DNA of 39,057 bases from the IMG/VR virus record IMGVR_UViG_3300010361_000007, positions 1 through 39,057 of that record; one strand, 5' to 3'. The stretch is from a virus. Lineage: Duplodnaviria > Caudoviricetes. Shown here piece by piece: positions 7,391-16,373 of this stretch. The position numbers were made by a program, and so were the translations under genes. Positions within the stretch are counted from its first letter, which is position 1. Every line of letters starts with the position of its first letter. The notes under the pieces were generated by a model. That model was given only the letters and a program-made list of their open reading frames with translations, was not told where the DNA came from and did no database searches.

Positions 7391-9448
7391 TCATCGCATG
7401 CCGATCATGTTCATGGGGTTGGCGAAGCCCATGTAGTTCTGCATCAGGTTGGGGATGGTCGGCACCGGCGCGGGCACGTACGCCGGCGCGGGCTGCGCCG
7501 GTCCGGCGGTGGCCGGCGTGGCGCTGATCGACGGCGGGTTGAAGTAGCCACCTAGCATGGCGGGCATCGGTATCGATCCGCCGGGTCCGGTGCCAATCGG
7601 CCCGCCGGTGTAGGCGCTCGAGGCCGTGGCCGGCATTGGCGTCGGTGGCCCAACACCGGCACCGGTGTACGGCATCGGTGTCAATGATGCACCAGTGCCG
7701 CCCATCGCGGAGGCCATCGCCGCGCGGCCAGCGGGGTTGTCCATGAACCCGGCCGCGTTCATCGCCGCGGTCGACGCCTGCGGGTTGAACGTCGGACCCG
7801 AGTTGGCGCCACCCGCGGGCTGGCCGTTGACGTTGACGTTGATCGTCGGCGACTGACCACCAGCCGGACCCTGCGCATTGGCTTGCTGGGTGCCCGCGGC
7901 GTGGCCCGCGGCGAACGATTGCAGCAACGCCGGCATAGGCGGACCCTGGGGCAGTTGCACGGGCGCGAACTGTGGGCCGGCCAGACGTTGCGCCATCTCA
8001 TCCATCACTTCGCGGAACGCCGCCGCGCCGGCCGTGCTCCCGCGTGGCGCGTACTGGTTCATGGAGGCCATCTGGCCGAGCGCCGCGCTGCCGAGCTGCG
8101 CGTACTGGTTGGCGCGCTGGGCCATGGCCCCTTGCAACGCGTTGACGCCGGACATCTGCTGGCCGTACTGGTTCTGCTGGTAGTTGGCCGCGGCCACGCT
8201 CGCGGCGTACGGCGTGGTGCCGGCCGTCGCGGCGCGGAAGTAGTCCGACATCGCGTCGTTGGCTTGCTTGGTCGCCTCGTCAGGACTCAGACCCGAGCCA
8301 GGCCCGAAGAACTGGTTGTGGATGTCCTTGATGGCCTGCAACTGCTGCTGCAAGCCGTACATCGGCCCGAGCGCTTTTTCCTGGATGCCCGCCAATGCGG
8401 CCGCAGCACTCGCCTGCGAGGCGGCGCCGGCACCGTACGCCTGCGCCGTCTGGCCGGCTTGCAGACCGGGCGCGCCGGGGATCAGCGAGCGCTGGTAGTC
8501 GGCCTGCGCGTCGGTGTAGCGCGTCTCCGCCGCCGCCTTGCCACTCTGCGCCTTGTAGTAGTCCGACTGCGAGTCGGTCAGTCCGACCTGGGACTGGGTG
8601 AGGCTCGTATCGGCGGCCTGCTTCTGGACGAGGCCCGGCAGCAGCGTGTCGATCTGCTTGGCCTGCGTCGCGAGCAGGTTGCTCTGGGCCTGGAGTTGCT
8701 GGACTTCGGCGGGCGTCTTGGCCTTGGTCGCGTCGGCCGCGGCTTGCAACGAGGCGGCACTGGCGCTCGCCTGCGTCGCCTCGGCGGCGGTCTTCTGCTT
8801 CTGGGTGTCGGCGCCGTCGACCAGCACCTTGGCCTGCGCGCCGGCGAGCGCGCCGTCGGCCTTGGCCTTGTCGATCTGTGATTGCGCGAGGCCGACCTGG
8901 TTGGGGTCGACCAGTTTCATGGCGTTGCCGAGCGCCGTGGAGTACGCCGCGTTGGCCGTCTCGACGCGTTGCGAGGCCTGCGACAGCGAGGTGTAGACCG
9001 CGTTCAGTTGCGTCGTGGCCGCGGTGAGCGCGGTCTGCTGCGTGACGTCGCCGGCGCTGACGCGCTGCTGCGCATCGTCGTAGGCCTTCTGCGCGGTGGT
9101 CAGCTTGTCCCAGAGTTGGGCGCGTTCGACGTTGGCGCCCTGGACCTCCCTGGCTGCGGTTTCGGTGGCCTGATCGACGGTGAACATGCCCTGCGGGCCC
9201 TGCGGCGCGCCGATGGTGGGCGCGACGGGCGGCGTGGTGCCCGTGCCAGGACTCGCCGGGCCTTGCGTCGGCCCACCGACGTCGGGTGCGCGCGAGGCGT
9301 TGGGGTCGATGTTCGCCGCCGCCGGCACCTGGTCGCTGGGTGCGACGTACGGCGTGCCCTGACCGCCCGGTTGCTGTGCCGGTTGGCCGGTGGCCGAGTC
9401 GACCCAGACCCACGACCCGTCAGGTTGCTGGCGCGGCGTGATCGGCAT
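7391..9448 (-). CDS. Internal virion/ejection protein (coiled-coil, Gln/Ala-rich)
   Basis: 685 aa, long helical Q/A-rich stretches; position among large virion genes. Confidence 0.75.
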   Translation of the reverse strand: MPITPRQQPDGSWVWVDSATGQPAQQPGGQGTPYVAPSDQVPAAANIDPNASRAPDVGGPTQGPASPGTGTTPPVAPTIGAPQGPQGMFTVDQATETAAREVQGANVERAQLWDKLTTAQKAYDDAQQRVSAGDVTQQTALTAATTQLNAVYTSLSQASQRVETANAAYSTALGNAMKLVDPNQVGLAQSQIDKAKADGALAGAQAKVLVDGADTQKQKTAAEATQASASAASLQAAADATKAKTPAEVQQLQAQSNLLATQAKQIDTLLPGLVQKQAADTSLTQSQVGLTDSQSDYYKAQSGKAAAETRYTDAQADYQRSLIPGAPGLQAGQTAQAYGAGAASQASAAAALAGIQEKALGPMYGLQQQLQAIKDIHNQFFGPGSGLSPDEATKQANDAMSDYFRAATAGTTPYAASVAAANYQQNQYGQQMSGVNALQGAMAQRANQYAQLGSAALGQMASMNQYAPRGSTAGAAAFREVMDEMAQRLAGPQFAPVQLPQGPPMPALLQSFAAGHAAGTQQANAQGPAGGQSPTINVNVNGQPAGGANSGPTFNPQASTAAMNAAGFMDNPAGRAAMASAMGGTGASLTPMPYTGAGVGPPTPMPATASSAYTGGPIGTGPGGSIPMPAMLGGYFNPPSISATPATAGPAQPAPAYVPAPVPTIPNLMQNYMGFANPMNMIGMR

Positions 9449-10009
9449 CTACATCGGTCCCGGTGGTAGCACGGGCGGTGCACCTGGCATCGGACCTGGC
9501 ATCGGAGGTGCGCCCGGTGGCGGTCCTTGCGGCAGCGGTGGCAGCGCCGGGCCCACGACCGGAGGTGGCCCCGGCGGGGGTGAGCCCGGCGCATTCATCT
9601 GCGCGAGGTGTTGCTGGGCCAGCGTGAGCGGCAGCGTCGAGCCCTCGAACGGCGGCGGCGGCTCGGTACCGGCGGCGGCGTGCGACCAGCCCTGGATCTT
9701 CTGGGCGTTGGCGATCGCCTCTTTCAGGTCGGCACCCTGATACAGCATCGCGCGCATCGGGTACACCTGCCCGAGCGCCTGACCCGGCGACATGCCCTGC
9801 GCGATCAGTTGGTGGTACTGCGCGTCGGCCGCTTGTGTGGACCCCAGTGGAGAAAAGTTCCAGCGCTGGACGACCTCGTCCTGGCTGAGCTGCTGGCCGC
9901 TCAGTGGCGAGCCGAGCCGATTGGCGATGCCCTGCGAATACTCCTGGACACGCGACGCAAAGCTGTTCACGGTCTGGCTGAGCAGGTCCTGCGAGTTCTG
10001 CCCGGCCAC
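9449..10009 (-). CDS. Hypothetical virion-associated protein, Pro-rich C-terminus
   Basis: 186 aa, GTG start, abuts the next gene (TAG ATG). Confidence 0.7.
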   Translation of the reverse strand: MAGQNSQDLLSQTVNSFASRVQEYSQGIANRLGSPLSGQQLSQDEVVQRWNFSPLGSTQAADAQYHQLIAQGMSPGQALGQVYPMRAMLYQGADLKEAIANAQKIQGWSHAAAGTEPPPPFEGSTLPLTLAQQHLAQMNAPGSPPPGPPPVVGPALPPLPQGPPPGAPPMPGPMPGAPPVLPPGPM

Positions 10010-10013
10010 GCCG

Positions 10014-10148
10014 CTACTTGCGTTTCTTGGCCTGGCGCTGGGTGTTCAGCGCAATCGCAATAGCTTGCCGCCTTGGGCGACCGGCGGCCATCTCGGTCTT
10101 GATGTTCTTGCCGACGTCGGCCTTTTTGGAACTCTTGATCAACGGCAT
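10014..10148 (-). CDS. Small basic phage protein (44 aa)
   Basis: MPLIKSSKKADVGKNIKTEMAAGRPRRQAIAIALNTQRQAKKRK; resembles the recurrent phage MPLKKG...QAVAIAL family; translated by hand, not in the ORF track. Confidence 0.8.
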   Translation of the reverse strand: MPLIKSSKKADVGKNIKTEMAAGRPRRQAIAIALNTQRQAKKRK

Positions 10149-10165
10149 GATCACTAATACCGCCA

Positions 10166-10420
10166 TCAGTATCCGTTGCCGTTCTTGGTGGGCAAGCGCT
10201 CGTGGAGAAAACCGCCGCCCCGGCCACCCGTCGGCGTCATCCCGCTATGGACGCGGCAGGGTGGGCACGGGTAGCTGTGGCGGTCGGCCTCGAGCACGCC
10301 CGGCTGGGGAGGGAGCAGCTGAGCGTTCAGTCGCGCCAGACGATCGAGCTCGGGGTAACTGTTGGGACCCGCGGGCGAGCCGGCGTTGCTGGGCCCGGAC
10401 TCGGCCTTGTTGCGCGTCAT
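10166..10420 (-). CDS. Hypothetical protein (84 aa, CxxC-H motif)
   Basis: ATGA overlap with the upstream gene; CPPCRVH. Confidence 0.55.
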   Translation of the reverse strand: MTRNKAESGPSNAGSPAGPNSYPELDRLARLNAQLLPPQPGVLEADRHSYPCPPCRVHSGMTPTGGRGGGFLHERLPTKNGNGY

Positions 10421-10587
10421 GGCTTGGGCATCCCTGGCGCTCGCGGCACGCGCGCCGCGCGTCCGACGCGTGCAGTCGTCGGCACGCCGGGTACGCCGCG
10501 ACCTGGAGCCACCGGCGCTTTGGGCATTTTCGGCAGCGCAGCGCGCGGGCTGGTCGGTTTGGGCAGTTTTGATCCACCGTTGGCCAT
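10417..10587 (-). CDS. Small Pro/Arg/Lys-rich basic protein (56 aa)
   Basis: MANGGSKLPKPTSPRAALPKMPK...; TAATG and ATGA coupling on both sides; translated by hand. Confidence 0.65.
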   Translation of the reverse strand: MANGGSKLPKPTSPRAALPKMPKAPVAPGRGVPGVPTTARVGRAARVPRAPGMPKP

Positions 10588-10829
10588 TACTTGCCTTTCT
10601 TGCCGCTCACGGCGATGCCGGGAAACTTGGCGGCCACCTTGGCGCGCACCGTCGCTTTCTCGGCACTCGAGCCGTGCTGCGATACACGCGCCAACGCGTT
10701 CCTGGCGTGCGATTCGTCTGGGATCGGGTACGACCCGGCGCCCTTGCCCTTGTGCCCCTCGCCCTTGCCGGGCAACGCGAACGACTTCGAGGGCAACGCC
10801 TGGCGTTTCTTGCTCGACAGTACAGCCAT
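10587..10829 (-). CDS. Small basic protein, DUF6582-like
   Basis: LSSKKRQALPSKSFALP...YPIPDESHARNALAR motif. Confidence 0.8.
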   Translation of the reverse strand: MAVLSSKKRQALPSKSFALPGKGEGHKGKGAGSYPIPDESHARNALARVSQHGSSAEKATVRAKVAAKFPGIAVSGKKGK

Positions 10830-10833
10830 AAAC

Positions 10834-10980
10834 CTACTTGCCCTTCTTCACGGGCACGCCCCGCTTTTTATCCAGCGCGTTGTCGCGTGTGCTGCCCTCT
10901 TTGACGCCGTGCGCCTTGTCCCAGGCCTCGTCCTTGGCCGGCGTCCACTTTGATCCCTTGCCGGGTGGCTTAGGTGGCAT
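10834..10980 (-). CDS. Small Lys-rich protein (48 aa)
   Basis: MPPKPPGKGSKWTPAKDEAWDKAHGVKEGSTRDNALDKKRGVPVKKGK; translated by hand; fills the gap exactly. Confidence 0.7.
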   Translation of the reverse strand: MPPKPPGKGSKWTPAKDEAWDKAHGVKEGSTRDNALDKKRGVPVKKGK

Positions 10981-11182
10981 TCCCCGTGTCTCCACGGTTC
11001 CAGCTATACGACTTCTTGGTCGCGGGCGAGGCGTTCAGGACCTCGGGGTCCTCGACAAAATTGTTGACGTTGCCGTTGGAGCTCACGGCTAGGCTCGAGT
11101 CGGCCGAGGCCGTGCCGCCGTTGTTGGGCTGCGGGTAGCTGGTGCCTGCGCCATTGCCAATGCTCGGCATTCTCTTGGCCAT
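10970..11182 (-). CDS. Hypothetical protein (70 aa)
   Basis: GGAGG SD upstream of ATG; immediately follows the portal. Confidence 0.65.
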   Translation of the reverse strand: MAKRMPSIGNGAGTSYPQPNNGGTASADSSLAVSSNGNVNNFVEDPEVLNASPATKKSYSWNRGDTGNAT

Positions 11183-11189
11183 CGTCTGC

Positions 11190-13247
11190 TTATCCTCCCG
11201 GAGGTGCTGCGGCCCCCGGCCCGACTAGTGCGCCCGCCTGCTGCGAGGCGAGCACGTCCTGGCGCATCGGCCCCGCGCCGAGCGCGCCCTGGACAATGCC
11301 GCCGATGGCTGAGTTTACGGGGTTGGGCGTCTGCACCCCTTGCAACTGGCCGGTAGGGCCCGGTGGCGCGCCACCACCCGGTAGCGCCGCAGTGGGCGTG
11401 CCGTCCGGCATGGCCTGACCACCCTGCACCGCGGCGAACAACTGCGCCATCTTCTCATCGTCGAGTTTCTTGCCGACGAGCTGGAAGAGATATTGCTGGC
11501 CCTGCGGTGTCTGAAAGAGAAGCTTCTCGGTCTGGATCTCGATCATCGTCTCGTCCGGGGACTCGTCGCCGAGACCCTTCTCGAGCGCCTGGCGCAACGG
11601 GATGCGGCCCTCGAGACTCCACTGCATGAGCATCTGCGCGTACGGGAGGTTCTCGCCCTCTTCGGGCGGGTACTCCGTCCAGAAGTCGTACACGCCCTGG
11701 CACATGTCCTGGGTGAGTTCTTGTGCCTGTCGCACGCTCTGGCGCATGCCCTTGGGCTGCACCGAGCAGTACACCGGCACCGTCACGTTGTAGTTGGCGG
11801 CGATGCGATCGGCGATCTCGGTGGCCATGCTGCCGACGAACGTCATGGCCTGCAAGCCGCCGTTGAGCACGTCGTCGTAGGCGTCTTGCAGCATGCTGCG
11901 AATGAGCGCCCGATCGTGGCCTGACGTCGCGCCTGGTCCGCCACCGGCAGCGCTCGAGGGCGCCTCCTCGTGAACACTGCCAAGCATGAGCCCCATCAGC
12001 TCGTCGACGTCCTTGTTGGTGCCGGGATGCGTCGCCGGCACCGGCTGGCCGGCCACGTACTGCGCCTTCATAGGCTGGATATCTATCTCGCGCGGGCGCC
12101 CATTCTCCAAGACGAGATCCGGTGAGACATCGGCATTCGCCGGGATGAACCAGCCCCCAAACGCGTGCTGCCAGGTGTGCGCCAGCTTGGCCGTGGCCAG
12201 GTTGTTCATGCCTTGAAACACGCTCAGGAACGGCCACAGGAAGGGCACACCGCGGCGGTCCGGGTCCGTTTCGCTGGCGAAATTGCAGCCCCACACCCAT
12301 GTGCCGCATAGCCGCGTGATGCCGAAGTCGCGCGCCAGGTCGACTGCTGCCAGGTTGGTGTCGCCACCGCTGGCGATGCGGTGCGCGATGGTCAGGTTGC
12401 TGCCGTCGGTGGCTGGCGCGGTCACGCCCTGGCCGATGTAGTACACGACGCTGCCTGGTCGCCACAGCTCGTAGAGCGTGAACTTGGGGTACATGCCGCG
12501 CGACTGCGACATGTAGTCCGGGTCGTAGCCCGTGCCCACGTGCCCACCGTCCGCGAAGCGCCAGCGGTAGCCGCGCGCCTCGAGCTCTTCCTGGCTGTAC
12601 TGCGAGCGCACGATCAACCCGTCCAACCGGTGACCGGGCCCCAGGATGGGCAGGCACTGGTCGACGCCGATGACGCGGATGGCGATCGGCACCTGCCGCG
12701 CGCGCCAGTCCAGCAGGTAATCCTCGTACTCGGCCTTGCTGGCCTTCACGCCCTTGTCCGACTTCCACTGGCGGTACACGCCGCCGTCCTCGTCCACGAA
12801 CGAGGGCATGTTCTCCCAGCCGGCGCTCGCCGGAAAGCACAGCACCGCGGCCGAGCCCTGGTTGAACAACATGTCCATCAAGGGGCGCCAGAACGCGCCG
12901 TGCTGCTCCTCGATGGCGCTGATCGCGCTGTTGGCCCACACCTCGAGGTCCGAGGCGTTGGTGCGCGCGGTGATGCTCTTGCCCATCGGATCGCGCCGCA
13001 GTCTGGGTCGTTTGCCGCTCAGCATCTGCACCGCGTGCAGCGGCACGGTCACCGCGTAGGGCAGCTTGATCGCCAGGTTGCCGGCCACTTGCGCAAAGTC
13101 CTTCGGCACGACCGGGTCCCAGCGGTTGTTGAGCCAGTCGCGACAGTCCCTGACCCGCAATCGCGATGTCTGGAACTCGTTATATTTCGACCACCACATC
13201 GTGGCCAGTTGGCCGCAGGTCGGAACGTCGGACTCGCGAACGGCCAT
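11190..13247 (-). CDS. Portal (head-tail connector) protein
   Basis: ~685 aa shortly downstream of terL; GVPFL...MNNL, TSG motifs and Q/P-rich tail typical of podovirus portals; ATG 13247 coupled by TGATG. Confidence 0.75.
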   Translation of the reverse strand: MAVRESDVPTCGQLATMWWSKYNEFQTSRLRVRDCRDWLNNRWDPVVPKDFAQVAGNLAIKLPYAVTVPLHAVQMLSGKRPRLRRDPMGKSITARTNASDLEVWANSAISAIEEQHGAFWRPLMDMLFNQGSAAVLCFPASAGWENMPSFVDEDGGVYRQWKSDKGVKASKAEYEDYLLDWRARQVPIAIRVIGVDQCLPILGPGHRLDGLIVRSQYSQEELEARGYRWRFADGGHVGTGYDPDYMSQSRGMYPKFTLYELWRPGSVVYYIGQGVTAPATDGSNLTIAHRIASGGDTNLAAVDLARDFGITRLCGTWVWGCNFASETDPDRRGVPFLWPFLSVFQGMNNLATAKLAHTWQHAFGGWFIPANADVSPDLVLENGRPREIDIQPMKAQYVAGQPVPATHPGTNKDVDELMGLMLGSVHEEAPSSAAGGGPGATSGHDRALIRSMLQDAYDDVLNGGLQAMTFVGSMATEIADRIAANYNVTVPVYCSVQPKGMRQSVRQAQELTQDMCQGVYDFWTEYPPEEGENLPYAQMLMQWSLEGRIPLRQALEKGLGDESPDETMIEIQTEKLLFQTPQGQQYLFQLVGKKLDDEKMAQLFAAVQGGQAMPDGTPTAALPGGGAPPGPTGQLQGVQTPNPVNSAIGGIVQGALGAGPMRQDVLASQQAGALVGPGAAAPPGG

Positions 13248-13570
13248 CAGGGTGACCGCACGCCCACCCAATAACCCACTAAGGCATCATGCTCGCACAG
13301 TCCGTAACTCACGTCGCCGCGCATGTCATGGATGGTCAAAATTCCGTCGCCCGTATGACCGATCGATGGCTTCAGGTTGGCGAGCGCGGCGTCGGTTACG
13401 CAAATGCGGTCTGGTCCATAGGTCACCACGGTACGGCCACCGCGTCGCTGTGCGAACAAGCGCCCTAGCCCCTTGGGAATCACCAACCAGTGTGTCGAGA
13501 TGAACGCATCGAGAACAGCGTCTAGCCGGCACTGGTCGTGTTCATCAACGTCAGCCTCGCGAACAGCCAC
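13247..13570 (-). CDS. Hypothetical protein (107 aa) sharing its N-terminus with the portal
   Basis: GTG start MAVREADV; TGATG-coupled to the portal. Confidence 0.6.
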   Translation of the reverse strand: MAVREADVDEHDQCRLDAVLDAFISTHWLVIPKGLGRLFAQRRGGRTVVTYGPDRICVTDAALANLKPSIGHTGDGILTIHDMRGDVSYGLCEHDALVGYWVGVRSP

Positions 13571-13579
13571 GTGTGGACT

Positions 13580-13831
13580 CTAGGCCTCCTCGGTGTCGTC
13601 TGAGGATTCCGACGCGGCGCTTGATACGGTGGCCTCGGCGACCTCCTCGTCGGTGGCCTTGCGCACCGCGTACAACTGGCGCACCTGGTCGAACTCGACG
13701 TGCAGGGGCGGGTCGCTGTCCGCGAGGACTTGCACGTCCTGGCTGATGCCAGCGATATCGACGTAGATGGTGGCAGAGCCCGAGTTGTTGAGCTGCGCGG
13801 CGAGGGTCTCGGCGACGTCGGCGGTGGTCAT
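13580..13831 (-). CDS. Acidic hypothetical protein (83 aa)
   Basis: Clean ORF with typical codon usage between terL and portal. Confidence 0.7.
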   Translation of the reverse strand: MTTADVAETLAAQLNNSGSATIYVDIAGISQDVQVLADSDPPLHVEFDQVRQLYAVRKATDEEVAEATVSSAASESSDDTEEA

Positions 13832-13855
13832 GCCTGCAAGTCTACGACCGTGTGT

Positions 13856-13957
13856 CTAGCCCGAAGAGCGCGCCACCAGCGACAGGATGGCGAACAGCAG
13901 GATGACGCCGAACAGCACGCCCAGGCCAAAGCTCACGAGGTCGAGATTCAGGCTCAT
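13856..13957 (-). CDS. Small membrane peptide (33 aa)
   Basis: MSLNLDLVSFGLGVLFGVILLFAILSLVARSSG; TGATG-coupled to terL. Confidence 0.55.
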   Translation of the reverse strand: MSLNLDLVSFGLGVLFGVILLFAILSLVARSSG

Positions 13958-15324
13958 CACACGTCCAGTGGGCTGCGCCAGGCGTCATGGCCGTTCTTGC
14001 CGCCGACCAGCACGCCGCGGTGCCGCACGGTGGCCGGCGTGCTCAGCAGGATCTCGAGCGCGCGCCGCTTGTCGAGCTGAGCAAACTTCCAGACCGCGAG
14101 CGCCAACGCGCACACGCCGTCATCGTGCATGCCCTCCGGCGCCGCGTAGTGCACGCCCGTTCTGGAGTAGCTGTACTCGAACGCCTCGAGCTCTATCTGG
14201 AGTGGGCCCTCGGGAAAGCCGACGGTGTGCGACTGGATGGCCACCGCGAGACCTTCCATCAGCAATTGCTTGCTGCGCTGGTTGAACACGTAGCCCTCGA
14301 AATTGCGATGGTTGACATTCAGCGCCTGGTCGATGGGCCCGCCGGGTCCGGTGGAGTCCACACCAGCTGGAGTGGCACCGGTGAGGTCCATGACGCGACG
14401 CAGCGTCACCTCCCAATATTCTGGATGTGAGTCCGATTCATCATTGCTGGAGTCCAACTGCGGATATTGCGACTGGTTCCAGCGTTCGCTGCGGCAGACC
14501 GCGCCGTGGTCGCACAAACCCAGGCCCCAGGTCCAGTCATTTGCACGCGCTAAATCCCACCCCCAAGCAACAGGCTTGCACTCGGAGTGCAGTGGCGTGA
14601 TGCAGTCGCGGATGGCGGCGATGCCGAACGGGTTGCCCTCGTCGTCTGATGGCTCCGCTTCGTACAGCTCGCGGAACACCGTGGACGGCAGTTGCGCTCG
14701 AGCGTCGTCGATCTCCGATTGCAGCAGCACGCCGGCTTGGATGGCGTCGTACGCGGTGATCCTGGCGTAGTGCATGTCCGGCTCGCCAGCTTCAGCGCGG
14801 CGAGCCAGACGGTACGCCCAGTTGCGGCGGCCCTTGACATTGCCGATGATGCGCACCGGGCCACGCGTCGCGGTGAGCGTGGTCCGCACGGCGTGCCAGG
14901 CGTCCTCCTTGACGCGCGTCGCCTCGTCGATGACTGCGGCGTGCACGTCCTCGCCGTACAGCGAGTCGGGGTTATCAGCGCCCTTGAATCTGAGCACGGC
15001 GCCGTTGGCCAGCGTGATGCTCGACTCGGCCTGGTTGGCGACGAACGTGCCGCGCGTCAGGCCGCGGGACAGACGGCGGAACACGATGCGCGACTGCTCG
15101 TAGATGGGGCTGACCCACCAGAACTCGTGGCCGGATTTGCCAAGCCAGGCCTGCTCGGTGAGCCAGACCATGCAGCCTACCGTTTTTCCGGATTTGGTGC
15201 TGGCTTCGATGACGGAGTAGCGCGCGCTGGAGTAGATCGCCTGGAACTGGCGCGGGTACAGCTGCGGCCGGACCCAATCAATCCGGCGGTGGGAGGGCGA
15301 TGGTGGATGAATCTTCGTTGGCAT
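13957..15324 (-). CDS. terL: Terminase large subunit
   Basis: Walker A-like STKSGKT, Walker B AVIDEA, nuclease GWDLAR...D and HDDGVCALALA. Confidence 0.95.
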   Translation of the reverse strand: MPTKIHPPSPSHRRIDWVRPQLYPRQFQAIYSSARYSVIEASTKSGKTVGCMVWLTEQAWLGKSGHEFWWVSPIYEQSRIVFRRLSRGLTRGTFVANQAESSITLANGAVLRFKGADNPDSLYGEDVHAAVIDEATRVKEDAWHAVRTTLTATRGPVRIIGNVKGRRNWAYRLARRAEAGEPDMHYARITAYDAIQAGVLLQSEIDDARAQLPSTVFRELYEAEPSDDEGNPFGIAAIRDCITPLHSECKPVAWGWDLARANDWTWGLGLCDHGAVCRSERWNQSQYPQLDSSNDESDSHPEYWEVTLRRVMDLTGATPAGVDSTGPGGPIDQALNVNHRNFEGYVFNQRSKQLLMEGLAVAIQSHTVGFPEGPLQIELEAFEYSYSRTGVHYAAPEGMHDDGVCALALAVWKFAQLDKRRALEILLSTPATVRHRGVLVGGKNGHDAWRSPLDV

Positions 15325-15643
15325 GGTCGAAGTGGACAGTGACCGTCACGGACGTGTCGGATTGCGCGACGGTTTCGGAACGGAATCCGGCCCAGTCGAG
15401 CACGTATTTGACGGCGGAGAATTCGTCTTTGTTGATTTGACGTGACAGCGAGCTGAGCGCCGGATGGACAAGACCGCGCATGCGGTCTTCGGCCTTGGCC
15501 AGTGCCTGCGGACTTGAGCCGCCGTGCATGCGGCACACGAGCTGACCCCGCACTGGCCGGAGTTTGCACGCGTAACCACCACGGGTCCGGCGCCCACAGC
15601 GGTTGTCCATGGGGTCGGCATTATGCATGGGGTACGGCTTCAC
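15278..15643 (-). CDS. terS: Terminase small subunit candidate (HGGxSTG-type Zn motif)
   Basis: CGRRTRGGYAC...CRMHGGSS; directly upstream of and overlapping terL. Confidence 0.7.
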   Translation of the reverse strand: MKPYPMHNADPMDNRCGRRTRGGYACKLRPVRGQLVCRMHGGSSPQALAKAEDRMRGLVHPALSSLSRQINKDEFSAVKYVLDWAGFRSETVAQSDTSVTVTVHFDHANEDSSTIALPPPD

Positions 15644-15836
15644 GCTGGTGCTCGAGGTGCCAGAGGGCGCGCAGCAACCAGGAGCGCTCGGCCTGGACGG
15701 TTTCGCGCTGGGTGTGCAGCTCGCCTTCCCGCGAGTAGTTGCCGCGGTCGTGGGCGGCTCGGGCCCAGTGGTCGAGCGTGAGCATTTCGACGGCGAGCCG
15801 ATCGATCTCGGTGCGCAACTGCCAGTCGCTGGTCAT
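15621..15836 (-). CDS. Hypothetical helical protein (71 aa)
   Basis: ATGA-coupled ORF in the operon. Confidence 0.6.
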   Translation of the reverse strand: MTSDWQLRTEIDRLAVEMLTLDHWARAAHDRGNYSREGELHTQRETVQAERSWLLRALWHLEHQREAVPHA

Positions 15837-16372
15837 GCGAGTGTTGAGCCGAGATGGTGCCAGCCCGGAGGTGGCGTAGGGCGAGGCAGGTTCATATTTG
15901 GCAGATGCCAGCTCGGATTCGTGCAGGATTCACCGGCAGATTCGTCCTCAAACCGGCGACAATGCCAGCACTGATTGCGCTCGGGATTGTCGCGCTGAAC
16001 CGCGGCAAAAGCCGTGCATTTTGCGCAATGCTGCGCGGTGTCATTCTGATTGCGACACACAGGACAGACGCGCGCCCTACCGAAATCGGAGTGGCCTGCG
16101 TCGACGTCAAGACGCACGTAGCCGCGGCCGTAGCAGTGATAGCAGTCGTTGAGGTCGTAACGACTAGGGCCGATGAGGGTGTTTTCGGGATCGCCGAGAG
16201 CGGCGAGCTCTTGGTCGCGGACGTGATCGCGCTGGACCCAGGCATCGGCGCGCTGGTCATCGTAGGCGTAGGAGCTCTTGAGATACTTGTCGATTGAAGC
16301 TTCGAGGGCGTGGCGACTGGCGAAGCGAGCCAGCCATCGGGCGAGCAGAGCATCGCGCCCGGTCCATGGCAT
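15833..16372 (-). CDS. Multi-Zn-finger protein resembling the N-terminus of DnaC/IstB-type helicase loaders
   Basis: CYHCYGRGYVRLDVDAGHSDFGRARVCPVC plus further CxxC pairs; follows the replication initiator; no Walker A visible. Confidence 0.65.
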   Translation of the reverse strand: MPWTGRDALLARWLARFASRHALEASIDKYLKSSYAYDDQRADAWVQRDHVRDQELAALGDPENTLIGPSRYDLNDCYHCYGRGYVRLDVDAGHSDFGRARVCPVCRNQNDTAQHCAKCTAFAAVQRDNPERNQCWHCRRFEDESAGESCTNPSWHLPNMNLPRPTPPPGWHHLGSTLA

Positions 16373-16373
16373 G

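Noticed and set aside
5773-9451. Stop-codon reassignment suggested by in-frame TAG junctions (9449/9448 and 5777/5773)
   Set aside because: Conserved genes are intact under code 11, each downstream gene has its own ATG, and there is no CUA suppressor tRNA.
1167-9740. Long plus-strand and alternate-frame ORFs (e.g. 1592-2887, 6266-7555, 7883-8881)
   Set aside because: Shadow ORFs of high-GC genes: Arg/Ala-rich, no motifs or RBS.
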